A stretch of 64,000 nt of DNA from Candidatus Bathyarchaeota archaeon (GTDB lineage: Archaea; Thermoproteota; Bathyarchaeia; Bathyarchaeales; Bathycorpusculaceae): contig CAWHVC010000001.1 in NCBI GenBank assembly GCA_963832745.1, forward strand, positions 160,001 through 224,000, given 5' to 3'. Below the pieces are notes generated by a model. The model had not been told where the DNA came from and did not search any database. It worked only from the letters and a program-made list of their open reading frames with translations. Made by a program: the position numbers and the translations under genes. Every line of letters begins with the position of its first letter. The first letter of the stretch is position 1. Of the stretch, positions 50,904 through 59,596 are shown one piece after another.

Positions 50904-51680
50904 ATGAGCAAAATTATAGCCGTACACTCATACAAAGGCGGAACTGGAAAAACCCTTATGTCCGTAAACTTGGCCGCAACATTTGCCAAACAAGGAAAAA
51001 AAGTCGCCATATTCGACTTAGACTTCCGAGCGCCAAGCCTCTTTGCAATACTAAAATGCGAAAACGCTGAAACATGGTTCAACGATTATCTAAACAACAC
51101 TAGCGAAATAAACAAAATCTTAATTGACCTAAGCTCAAGAATAACTGGCGGCGGCAAATTTTACGCAGGCCTTGCAAATCCCTCAACCGAAGCAATCAGA
51201 GACATGTCCGCAAAAGACCGCAAATGGGAAATGCGTGCTCTAGGTCGACTCCTATCTCTACGAAATACGCTGCTTAATGAACAAAAGTTTGATTATTTGA
51301 TTTTTGATACCAGTCCAGGTTTGCAGTATTCTTCTATAAACGCAATTGTGACAGCCGACTTTGTTGTAGTTACTACAACTGGCGACCGTTCAGACGTAAA
51401 CGGAACTAAACGTATGCTAGCGGAACTTTACAACTTGTTCGAAAAGAAAACAGGTTTGGTAATTAACAAGGTGCTTGATGCTTCCAAAAGTAAAAACGCT
51501 GAGCTGACAAAAAAAGTAAAGGACATTTACCATGTTCCGTTGCTTGGAGCTGTACCGTGTTTTTGTGAAATACTGCGTGCTGAAGGCAACTATATTTTTC
51601 CCGAAGACAAGCCTGATCACCCATTCACGAAACTTCTGGCTGAAATGGCTGCCAAAATAGAGCAAAACGAAATAGGCTAA
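50904..51680 (+). CDS. MinD/ParA family ATPase
   Basis: Deviant Walker A SYKGGTGKT, DLDFRAP, FDTSPG, VINKV; 5 bp after the wHTH gene. Confidence 0.92.
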   Translation: MSKIIAVHSYKGGTGKTLMSVNLAATFAKQGKKVAIFDLDFRAPSLFAILKCENAETWFNDYLNNTSEINKILIDLSSRITGGGKFYAGLANPSTEAIRDMSAKDRKWEMRALGRLLSLRNTLLNEQKFDYLIFDTSPGLQYSSINAIVTADFVVVTTTGDRSDVNGTKRMLAELYNLFEKKTGLVINKVLDASKSKNAELTKKVKDIYHVPLLGAVPCFCEILRAEGNYIFPEDKPDHPFTKLLAEMAAKIEQNEIG

Positions 51681-51710
51681 GTTACTTTTTTTTAATTTCA
51701 AACTTTTTCC

Positions 51711-51748
51711 TTGTTGATGCTTGTTTTTTATATGCAAAAGCATCTAAC
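51711..51748. repeat. Degenerate two-armed (palindromic) version of the 25-bp motif, copy G
   Basis: TTGTTGATGCTTGTTTTTTATATGCAAAAGCATCTAAC has GATGCTT...AAGCATC arms head to head. Confidence 0.5.
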
Positions 51749-51771
51749 TAAATGCAGCAAAAACTTAAAGA

Positions 51772-52467
51772 ATGCACAATACGCTAAACTTGGCTGGAGA
51801 AAAACAATCAGTGATAGACAAATCAGCAATCATACTTGCAGGTGGAACCTCCCAAGGTTTTCCCGAAGACAAAGGCACAATGCTGCTTGACAACAAACCC
51901 TTGATTAGACGAGTTTTTAATATTGTTGAACCCATAGTTGATGAAGTAATAATCGTAACCAACACTCAAGAACGTGCCGACATTTACGCTAAACTTTTGC
52001 CGGAAACCGCCAAGTTGGTTCTAGACAATTCAGAAGCACAAGGACCCTTAATTGGTGCCATTGCAGGTTTTGAAGCTGCCCAAGGCAAATACGCCATGCT
52101 TCTGCCATACGATTCACCTTTCGTATCAGAAGACTTGGCTATGCTTCTTTTTGACTTGGCCATTGGCAAAACGGCAGTTGTTCCAAGAAACCCTGACAAT
52201 GAAATCGAACCGCTCTGCTCTGTATATCAAACAAAATTTGTTCTGGAAACAGCAAGACAAGTTGCAGACGAAGGTGCTGTGGATTTACAGACGCTGGTTG
52301 AGAAACTTCGTGGTGTAAGATATATTTCAACGATGGTTATCACTCAGATAGATCCGGAGTTACGTTCCTTCTTTAGCGTTAACACGCCCTTGGATCTTAA
52401 GAGGGCTGCAGTTATGCTTCAAGGAAAGCCTAACGCTTCGCGTACAAAAGGACATCACTCAAAGTAA
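51772..52467 (+). CDS. mobA: Molybdenum cofactor guanylyltransferase
   Basis: AIILAGG, DKG, GPLIG, PYDSPF, EPLCSVY, VNTPLDL. Confidence 0.88.
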   Translation: MHNTLNLAGEKQSVIDKSAIILAGGTSQGFPEDKGTMLLDNKPLIRRVFNIVEPIVDEVIIVTNTQERADIYAKLLPETAKLVLDNSEAQGPLIGAIAGFEAAQGKYAMLLPYDSPFVSEDLAMLLFDLAIGKTAVVPRNPDNEIEPLCSVYQTKFVLETARQVADEGAVDLQTLVEKLRGVRYISTMVITQIDPELRSFFSVNTPLDLKRAAVMLQGKPNASRTKGHHSK

Positions 52468-52532
52468 CTCTCTTTCTTTTATCGCTGTTTTTCTTGGCAA
52501 ATAACACAATTTTTACTTACTTAACGGTGCTC

Positions 52533-52557
52533 GTATACAAAAGCATCAACAAAACAA
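52533..52557 (-). repeat. Dispersed 25-bp motif, copy F (TTGTTG subtype)
   Basis: The + strand reads GTATACAAAAGCATCAACAAAACAA. Confidence 0.85.
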
Positions 52558-52611
52558 ACTCGACTCAAATCTTCGAAAGTATCAAATGACGATTTTTTAA
52601 CGAAAACAAGC

Positions 52612-52624
52612 GAACCTTATATAA
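52612..52624 (+). promoter_or_regulatory. Candidate archaeal BRE/TATA promoter with no downstream ORF
   Basis: GAACCTTATATAA, followed by a hairpin at 52669-52725 and a T-tract at ~52740. Confidence 0.4.
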
Positions 52625-53177
52625 TCATGGGCTGTGAAGACCTATTTCCCCAAGTTTTGTTGACCGCTTGCCTCAGTGGAGCAAAATTTTGATCACTTTT
52701 AGTGTGTCCGATGTGAATTGAGGCACTAAAAACCAGTCATTTTTTCTTCCGCCAATCCAATTTCTGCGTGTTTGGCGCCTGTAGCCACTCATAACATTGT
52801 TATATTTGTAGTTTTATTTGACCTTTCTAAGCCAACTTTATTATTTTGTGCTTTTTTTGATAACTTTGCCGTTTCAGTTTAACGAAAAAATTTCGAACGG
52901 TCATTTTTTACATTAAACAGTTAAAACAAAGCATTCAAACAATCGATAACTGACATCAACAGTTTCAATTTGCCCATGATTTAGGTGAAATTTGGCGTTA
53001 TGCTTTGCGAAGCCTGCTGGTGGCGACTGGTGAGACGTTTTTGGCGGAAGCTGGCGAAAGGATTATTTCCGTCAAGGAAAATACCGTGGGTGTTCGTGAG
53101 TGCTGGATAACGAGGGTCGGTTTCATGGCTTCCTGCAAAAAGATGAAGGTTTGGGTAAAGTTCAGTTGTGGAAAACT

Positions 53178-53202
53178 TTGTTTGGGTGATGCTTTTGTAT
53201 AC
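53178..53202 (+). repeat. Dispersed 25-bp motif, copy B
   Basis: TTGTTTGGGTGATGCTTTTGTATAC. Confidence 0.88.
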
Positions 53203-53278
53203 CGATGGGTTGCAAAGCATAATTTAACTGGTGATTCAGCACAAGTTTTGGCGTTTTTTGCAGCATTTGTGTTAAAGT

Positions 53279-53992
53279 TTGGGGTTGCACGTGTTGAGTG
53301 TTGAGCGTAATCTGATAATTTCAGTCCTAAAACTGACCCAAAAATCTCCAGTTTTAATCAAAGGTGTCAAAGAAGATGCTAAGCTGCCAATAGAGTTAAC
53401 GTATTCATTGCTGGAAAAAATGCAATCAGAAGATCTACTTAATTTAACCAGTGAAGCGGTGGAGGTCTCTGTTGATAACAGGCTTAAATTGGCAGTTAAA
53501 GCTGTCTCGTTAGGTGCAGATGTTGAGCATGTTAGCGACTTGCTTTGCTGGCAAGAGTTTGAAGAAATCGCAGCCATGGCTTTACGCAACAACGGGTTTG
53601 TTGTAGCTAAGAACGTTCGGTTCAAGCATGGGGGACGTAAATGGGAGGTGGACGCTGTAGGCTGCAAACCTCCATTGGTGATTTGTATTGATTGCAAACA
53701 TTGGAGTCGCGCCATATCGCCTTCTGTTTTAGGCAAGATTGCGCAGGCCCAAGCAGACCGTGCAAAGGCTCTGTCAGAAGTGTTACCAAATGTGAAGATT
53801 CAATTGGAATGTACCAAATGGGAAAACGCCCAGTTCATCCCAGCGATTTTGTCACTTGTTCAAGGCAGATTCAAGTTTTATGATGACATCCCGATTGTTC
53901 CGGTGCTTCAACTCCAAGATTTTCTGTGCCAGTTGCCTGCTTACATATACCAGTTGAAGTCCTTTCATAAGGTATTTGACCATTTAGGTTAA
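53279..53992 (+). CDS. PD-(D/E)xK nuclease (Mrr/NERD-like) with N-terminal helical domain
   Basis: WQEFEEIAAMAL...GF...NVRF...EVDAVG...ICIDCKHW. Confidence 0.8.
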   Translation: MGLHVLSVERNLIISVLKLTQKSPVLIKGVKEDAKLPIELTYSLLEKMQSEDLLNLTSEAVEVSVDNRLKLAVKAVSLGADVEHVSDLLCWQEFEEIAAMALRNNGFVVAKNVRFKHGGRKWEVDAVGCKPPLVICIDCKHWSRAISPSVLGKIAQAQADRAKALSEVLPNVKIQLECTKWENAQFIPAILSLVQGRFKFYDDIPIVPVLQLQDFLCQLPAYIYQLKSFHKVFDHLG

Positions 53993-55858
53993 GATTTTAA
54001 GTATCGACTTTTTAGACATTTTTACTGCTGGGTAGAGGCTTAACAGAAACATAGTTGCCAAAGCAGAAAGTAGCCATGCTGCAATTCCCATAATGGTCCA
54101 AGTTGTTACTAACGGGTTTGCCATCAAAATCATTAATGTTGTCATGATTCCAAAGGCGATTCCAACGCCAAAACTTGAAAGAAGCACAATCAAACCTTGA
54201 ATAGACAATATATTGATAACTATCTGCGGTTTTGTTCCAATCGCCCGTAAAACGCCAAATTCCTGATGCTGCTCCTCCACCGATAAAACTTGGTAACCAA
54301 CAAGGCACATGGCGGCTGAAGACAAAGTGACCATGGGAACAAGCATAATCACTGCCCACGAGGCACCTAAATAATTAAGGTTACGTTGCGTAATGGTGCC
54401 AAGCAGAAAAACCTGCAAATCAGGATCTACTGAGCCAATTCTCTGCTGCAACTGCTCAACAAAAGCGGTCATATCTACGCCGTCTTTAGGCGTAATCAGT
54501 ACAAGATTTGGTGCAAGGCCAGTTAAGTTTTCAAGGGTTTCTAGTGGTACATAGATGATTATGCCTGTGTTAATTGGGTCAACACACACGCCACGTATGT
54601 CAAATGTTTTATCGTATATTTGTGCGGTTTGAACCAGAGGGTCAGAATAGTTTATACCGTTTTTTGGATCAGGCGAGTACATTTTTGAGGCTAAGGAATC
54701 GCCGATTACCGCTTCAAAACCCGTTTTGTTGCTTAAAAATTGTCCATTAATAGATAAAGGTACATGCGTATTGTCGGGATTTAAACCGATAATGACAGAG
54801 TCTCCTTCACGATAACCGCCAACATACTCTGTTTGCCCATTTTGTTTAAAAGTAAAGTTTCTTCCCTCCAAAATGTGTGTCCGTAAAACAAGTCTTTCAT
54901 CAACCCCGGCAACATCGCTTAACGTCTTCAAACTGTTGATTGCCACTTGTGAAACGGCATAATCGGGGTTAGAATAACTAAAATTATCGTCTGCTTGGTT
55001 ACCAGAAAACGTTGATAAAACCTGCAAATACTGGTTACCCAAGCTACCGTGCGCTACTATAACTGTGTTGATGCTGTTTGTACTTACAGGGTCCTGTACC
55101 CAAGAACTGGTGGTGTCACGGGCAATTATGCCTCCCGTAATCGAAATAGTCAACAAAACAAAAACAGCTGAAAGCAAAATCACCATGCGAACAACCGCGT
55201 TTTGACGTCTACTAAGGCTTCGAGTGGCAATTTTCCAAGTTATTCCAAACTTAGAAAGAGGTTTATGCATTTTTTCAGCAGGAATCCCATAATAATTAAC
55301 GGTTGAAAGTGCCAATATAGGTGGCATTCTTGCTGTGTCCATTATGGGTTTTAACCCAAAAGCAAGCGCCAAGATAAGAAAAACTGTGAAAACAAAAACT
55401 GCAACTAGAAAATTTGGTAGAACATACGAGCCTAAAACAAAATATGCAACCAAAAAATCTGCTGCCACACCAAAAAGTGTCCCCAAAAGGCATCCACTTA
55501 CAGAGACAATCAATAATTCAGTTGTGAAATATCCTGCGACAAGCGAGCCTGGACATCCTGCAGCTTTAAGCAGACCCAAATCGCGAGTCCTTTGAGCCAT
55601 CATTAAAAAAACAATAAAAGACGTCAGGATAGCGCCAACAATAAACGTCAAGGGTTCAAGAAAAACTAGAAATTGGGCAAAAACAGCAGATAATCCGGTT
55701 GTTAACGTGCTTGTTTGAACTGAAATGCTTGTGCCGATTCTGCCGCTGAAAAGCAACAAAAACAAGGTTGATGCAACACTTAAGGTCAAGGTTGTAATAG
55801 TTAAACCGGTTTGAAGTGGTCTTCGCAGTAAGTCCTTAACGGGAAAACTCTTATTCAT
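53984..55858 (-). CDS. ABC transporter permease, FtsX/MacB-like with two FtsX domains
   Basis: QRTRDLGLLKAAG and EFGVLRAIG motifs, multiple TM helices, large extracellular loop. Confidence 0.88.
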   Translation of the reverse strand: MNKSFPVKDLLRRPLQTGLTITTLTLSVASTLFLLLFSGRIGTSISVQTSTLTTGLSAVFAQFLVFLEPLTFIVGAILTSFIVFLMMAQRTRDLGLLKAAGCPGSLVAGYFTTELLIVSVSGCLLGTLFGVAADFLVAYFVLGSYVLPNFLVAVFVFTVFLILALAFGLKPIMDTARMPPILALSTVNYYGIPAEKMHKPLSKFGITWKIATRSLSRRQNAVVRMVILLSAVFVLLTISITGGIIARDTTSSWVQDPVSTNSINTVIVAHGSLGNQYLQVLSTFSGNQADDNFSYSNPDYAVSQVAINSLKTLSDVAGVDERLVLRTHILEGRNFTFKQNGQTEYVGGYREGDSVIIGLNPDNTHVPLSINGQFLSNKTGFEAVIGDSLASKMYSPDPKNGINYSDPLVQTAQIYDKTFDIRGVCVDPINTGIIIYVPLETLENLTGLAPNLVLITPKDGVDMTAFVEQLQQRIGSVDPDLQVFLLGTITQRNLNYLGASWAVIMLVPMVTLSSAAMCLVGYQVLSVEEQHQEFGVLRAIGTKPQIVINILSIQGLIVLLSSFGVGIAFGIMTTLMILMANPLVTTWTIMGIAAWLLSALATMFLLSLYPAVKMSKKSILKILT

Positions 55859-56556
55859 TCCTTAATCAATCTTCCATCTTCAATGCTCAATACAATATCA
55901 GCTAAACCACGAATTTCCGGGTCATGAGTAGATACAATAACCGTTTTGCCTTCACTTTTGAGGAGTTGAAAGATTTGAATGATTTTTTGAGCGTTCTTTC
56001 TGTCCAAGTTTCCTGTAGGTTCGTCTGCAAGAATTATTGGCGGGTTATTGGCTAAGGCACGTGCAAAAGCGACTCTTTGCTGCTCACCGCCGCTTAATTG
56101 TGAAGGAAAATGGTTTGCCCTATGTTTCAAGCCAACAGTTTCAAGAAGATGTTGAGTGCGGTCTTCTATTTCTTGAGAAGGTTTTCTTAGCCACTCCATA
56201 GGAAAAGCGATGTTTTCTGCCACCGTTAACGTTGAAACCAGGTTGAAAGATTGGAAAACAAAGCCTGTTTGGTTGCACCTAAACTCGGCGAGGTCTTCTT
56301 CGTTTAGCTGTGTGAGGTCCTGGTTTGCCACTTTTATTTCGCCGCTTGTTTCCCGGTCGATACCTCCGATGATGTTGAGCAGGGTAGTTTTGCCTGAACC
56401 TGAAGCTCCACATAAAGCAACAAATTTGCCTGTGGACAGTTCAAGATTAACGTGTTTTAGGGCTTCAACTTTTTCAGTGCCGACAAGATATGTTTTTGTT
56501 AACGCGCGAGCCGCAACAATAATTTCCTCTAACTGTTCTTCTTCCGCCATTTCCAT
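55855..56556 (-). CDS. ABC transporter ATP-binding protein (LolD/MacB-like)
   Basis: [32 protein letters not shown]. Confidence 0.95.
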   Translation of the reverse strand: MEMAEEEQLEEIIVAARALTKTYLVGTEKVEALKHVNLELSTGKFVALCGASGSGKTTLLNIIGGIDRETSGEIKVANQDLTQLNEEDLAEFRCNQTGFVFQSFNLVSTLTVAENIAFPMEWLRKPSQEIEDRTQHLLETVGLKHRANHFPSQLSGGEQQRVAFARALANNPPIILADEPTGNLDRKNAQKIIQIFQLLKSEGKTVIVSTHDPEIRGLADIVLSIEDGRLIKE

Positions 56557-56619
56557 CCCTGACTTTTTCTGTTAAGGGCTTGTGGTTGGAAGTTAATAAT
56601 AAGGTTGAGGTACGTTCCC

Positions 56620-57087
56620 TTACGCAGACTTCTCTTCAGGGATTTCTTGGATTTCCTGATAGCTTTTGTCTATGTTAAGATTGCCTCTGTCTCGCTTTAA
56701 AATCCGTACTTTTTCAGGAATCTTGTCCTTCTGCCAATCAGACCAGCTGATTTCTTTAAACAGCCAGCGTTTCCCTAAGTGAGCAGCAACAACTGCGTGC
56801 TTATACTTGTTTTCTGTTGGGATGAATTGGTCTAGAAATCGGAATAGTTTGTCGATTTGGGGTTTTGGAAAATAGGCGTAGTAGCTGGCGTTTTTTACTT
56901 CAAACGCGTAGGTGTGTTTGCCTTTACGCGCCATTAGATCAGGTAGGGGGTTCAAGCTAGGGTTGCTTACTGGGACCCTAACGGCGAAGTAGCCTTTCTT
57001 TAGCAACAGTTTGACCAGTACGGATTCGCTGTAGAAGCCGCGTTTGCGCCAACGTCGAAGTTTAATTCGGTCAATGTCTTTGCTCAC
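56620..57087 (-). CDS. hjc: Archaeal Holliday junction resolvase (Hjc/Hje family)
   Basis: RGFYSESVLVKLL.KKGYFAVRVPVS....PDLMA.K....AFEVK. Probable GTG start at 57087 (ORF track 57111). Confidence 0.75.
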   Translation of the reverse strand: MSKDIDRIKLRRWRKRGFYSESVLVKLLLKKGYFAVRVPVSNPSLNPLPDLMARKGKHTYAFEVKNASYYAYFPKPQIDKLFRFLDQFIPTENKYKHAVVAAHLGKRWLFKEISWSDWQKDKIPEKVRILKRDRGNLNIDKSYQEIQEIPEEKSA

Positions 57088-57163
57088 ATATTCCACTTCT
57101 GGTCTTTGCAACCTTTTTGGGTTGGGTGAATAAAATGTTTGTTAACACGGCTGCGGCAACTGT

Positions 57164-57188
57164 GTGTTTGGGTGATGCTTTTGTATAC
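57164..57188 (+). repeat. Dispersed 25-bp motif, copy C (consensus)
   Basis: GTGTTTGGGTGATGCTTTTGTATAC. Confidence 0.9.
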
Positions 57189-58540
57189 GCTCTCTTGGAG
57201 CACAAAACTATGGTGTGTACTGGTGACGAATGATGGTGATGTAAAATACTGCACCAACCAATGCAGCACAACTGTGATAACTTTTATGTTCAACTATTCA
57301 AAATAATGGTCGATTTGCCTACACCAGCAACCAACAAACCTGCCGCTGACCAGAAATAAACACAAAACATCGCCACCCCAACACAAATCAAACAAGAATT
57401 TACCAGCAACAAACCATTCAAAAACAACCAACAAAACAAGTCACAAACCAACAACCTAAGCTGCCAATCAAAACAGCACACAATAAAGGGCAAACACAAA
57501 CCGGTCAGCAATTTGAACCAACAAAAACTCTTGCACATGCAATAGCACCACTCTCAACAAGGCCACAAATCCAGAAGCGAACGTACACTCAACCGAAAAC
57601 TACTCACCCAAGGTTGTTACTGGAATAGACATTTTTCGTCAGGGCTTTGTGCAAAAAACAGCAAAGTTTGCCAAACGCAGCCAACAGCCCCAAAAAGTGT
57701 CGCAAGAGTTCGAAGGGTTCTCGAAAAAGTCAGCTATTGCTTCGAATGGAGATTTTCGGGGGTACTTATATGAGGCTCCGATATTCTCCATGCCAACCAC
57801 TTTGGGTAAACACGAATACGCCAAAATCAGGGTCTTTTTGCAATTATGAGGCATTTTTGAGGCTATTAATTTTGTCTTCCGTGACAAATTTTGACCAAAA
57901 TTTTTATAAAATCGTATTCGCGATAAAGCAGCCAATAATAATTGCTTGTTTTATCAAATAACCTTAAAAAATAGGTGTTTTACATAAATGCCCCTTTCGT
58001 TTAATCGTTAGTTTTTTGAGTTGTATCTGCGTTGCTGAGTTTGTGTTGTTTGGTTGTTAACTCTTTTTTTTGATAATTTTTCTTCTTTGAATAGTTGGTT
58101 AGCTAAAAATTACCTGCTATTGATTAATTTTTAGTGAAACTGAAAATGCCCTTTTTACACAAGATTAATTCCTAAAACAGTTGTAATGCGGATGTTACTT
58201 TTTATTGATAAGCGGTTTTGTCAATTCAAAAACGGGCTTGCCGAATTTTTGCTTTGGACTGGTGAGGTCTCATTTAACTTGGGGAGCAATAATTGTTGTC
58301 AATAATAATGTAAAAAATTGTTGTCCTAAGTGGTAAACAGTTTGAGTAGCATATTGGTTTAATTTTAAGTTATGCGAGCAGTTTTCATTTATGTGTAGTT
58401 CATTATTGAATCAATAAGTGGTTAAAAATTTTGAAACTTTCTTTGGTCAATAATATGTGAATTGCTTATTTACTCTATTTTGAAAATTATGCATTACCTC
58501 TGACTGAAAACTTTAAAGAACAATCAGGCGCAACTGTAAA

Positions 58541-58565
58541 GTGTTTTGTTGATGCTTTTGTATAC
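58541..58565 (+). repeat. Dispersed 25-bp motif, copy D (TTGTTG subtype)
   Basis: GTGTTTTGTTGATGCTTTTGTATAC. Confidence 0.88.
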
Positions 58566-59108
58566 AGCCACCTGTTCGGCAAGGGGCTTGTTTTTAAAAA
58601 TAACGCCACCTTTGGCGCTGCTTGCACGGTAAGCTTAGTTAAACACCGGCAAACAAACTGGCCAGATAGCGCTCTTATGTGTGCCTATGAGCAGCTTTTT
58701 AGTTTTCCAGGTCAAAAGGTGTTTGTCCTCTTGAGGGTCGATTTTCAGGGGGGTGTCAAAAAATTTTAGCGTGTTTGGACCTGTTTTTTCATTGTTTTCT
58801 TTTGTTGTTCTCAAGTAAGCACCAGTTTTGTCTTCAACAAACAGGCGTAAATGAGCCTTTTTTGGAGGTGCTTAACATAAAGAAAAACGCAGTCAGTGAA
58901 ATCAGTGACTCACGTAATACCAAATTTTTCTCCGTCACCAAAATGTCTTAACCGAAAAATTAAGGCATTTTTCCGAAATAGAACTGGCCAAATTTGCTCA
59001 ACACACTTCAATAAATCGCCAAAACCACCCTTTTAATCGAGCTTCTTGCAGCTTGGAGTAAACACTGTTGATTTAAAATTACCCACTATCCTTGAAAAAT
59101 AATCCAAT

Positions 59109-59306
59109 TCATAGTGCCATCCCCACTATTGGTTGAAAGATAGGTAGATCGTGCAATTTGCGGCGGTGATCATCATGCTCTTCCAACGTATCAAAAACTT
59201 TTCCACACAATCTGCATCGGTACTTGCCTTCCAGAGTAATTTCTGCCGAGGATTCAGATTCGATCGGGTAATCCCAAAGTTTGTTTTCTTTTTCCTGATC
59301 AGACAC
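59109..59306 (-). CDS. Small C2H2 zinc-finger protein
   Basis: YRCRLCGKVFDTLEEHDDHRRKLH fits Y-x-C-x2-C-x3-F-x8-H-x4-H; GGGGGTGA SD upstream. Confidence 0.72.
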   Translation of the reverse strand: MSDQEKENKLWDYPIESESSAEITLEGKYRCRLCGKVFDTLEEHDDHRRKLHDLPIFQPIVGMAL

Positions 59307-59509
59307 TTTCTCACCCCCGAGAAGACAGAAAGGTCTCTGCCAAATCTAGAAAAAACTGCCTTGCTTAAGCCTGTGTGACTAGCACATTACAACAACAGCC
59401 ATTATTTTATTTTTTTAAATATTCAAAGATTTTTTGAAGGTGTAAACGGCTGAAAAGAATCAAAAATCGCCACAAACAAAAAAGCGGGCAAAATTTAAAC
59501 TTGTGATTT

Positions 59510-59534
59510 GTATACAAAAGCATCACCCAAACAC
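59510..59534 (-). repeat. Dispersed 25-bp motif, copy E (consensus, inverted)
   Basis: The + strand reads GTATACAAAAGCATCACCCAAACAC. Confidence 0.9.
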
Positions 59535-59596
59535 AGTACTGGATTTTATTAGAAAAATTTTTCAGCACAACTCGCTTTAAGATTCTTGTGAAGCGT

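Noticed and set aside
57639-57961. Short ORFs in the long intergenic region as a transposase remnant
   Set aside because: No DDE, HUH or recombinase motifs are recognisable, and the ORFs overlap in three frames.
51711-59534. 25-bp repeats as a CRISPR array
   Set aside because: Copies are 0.6-4 kb apart, in both orientations, with genes between them. There are no regular spacers and no cas genes.
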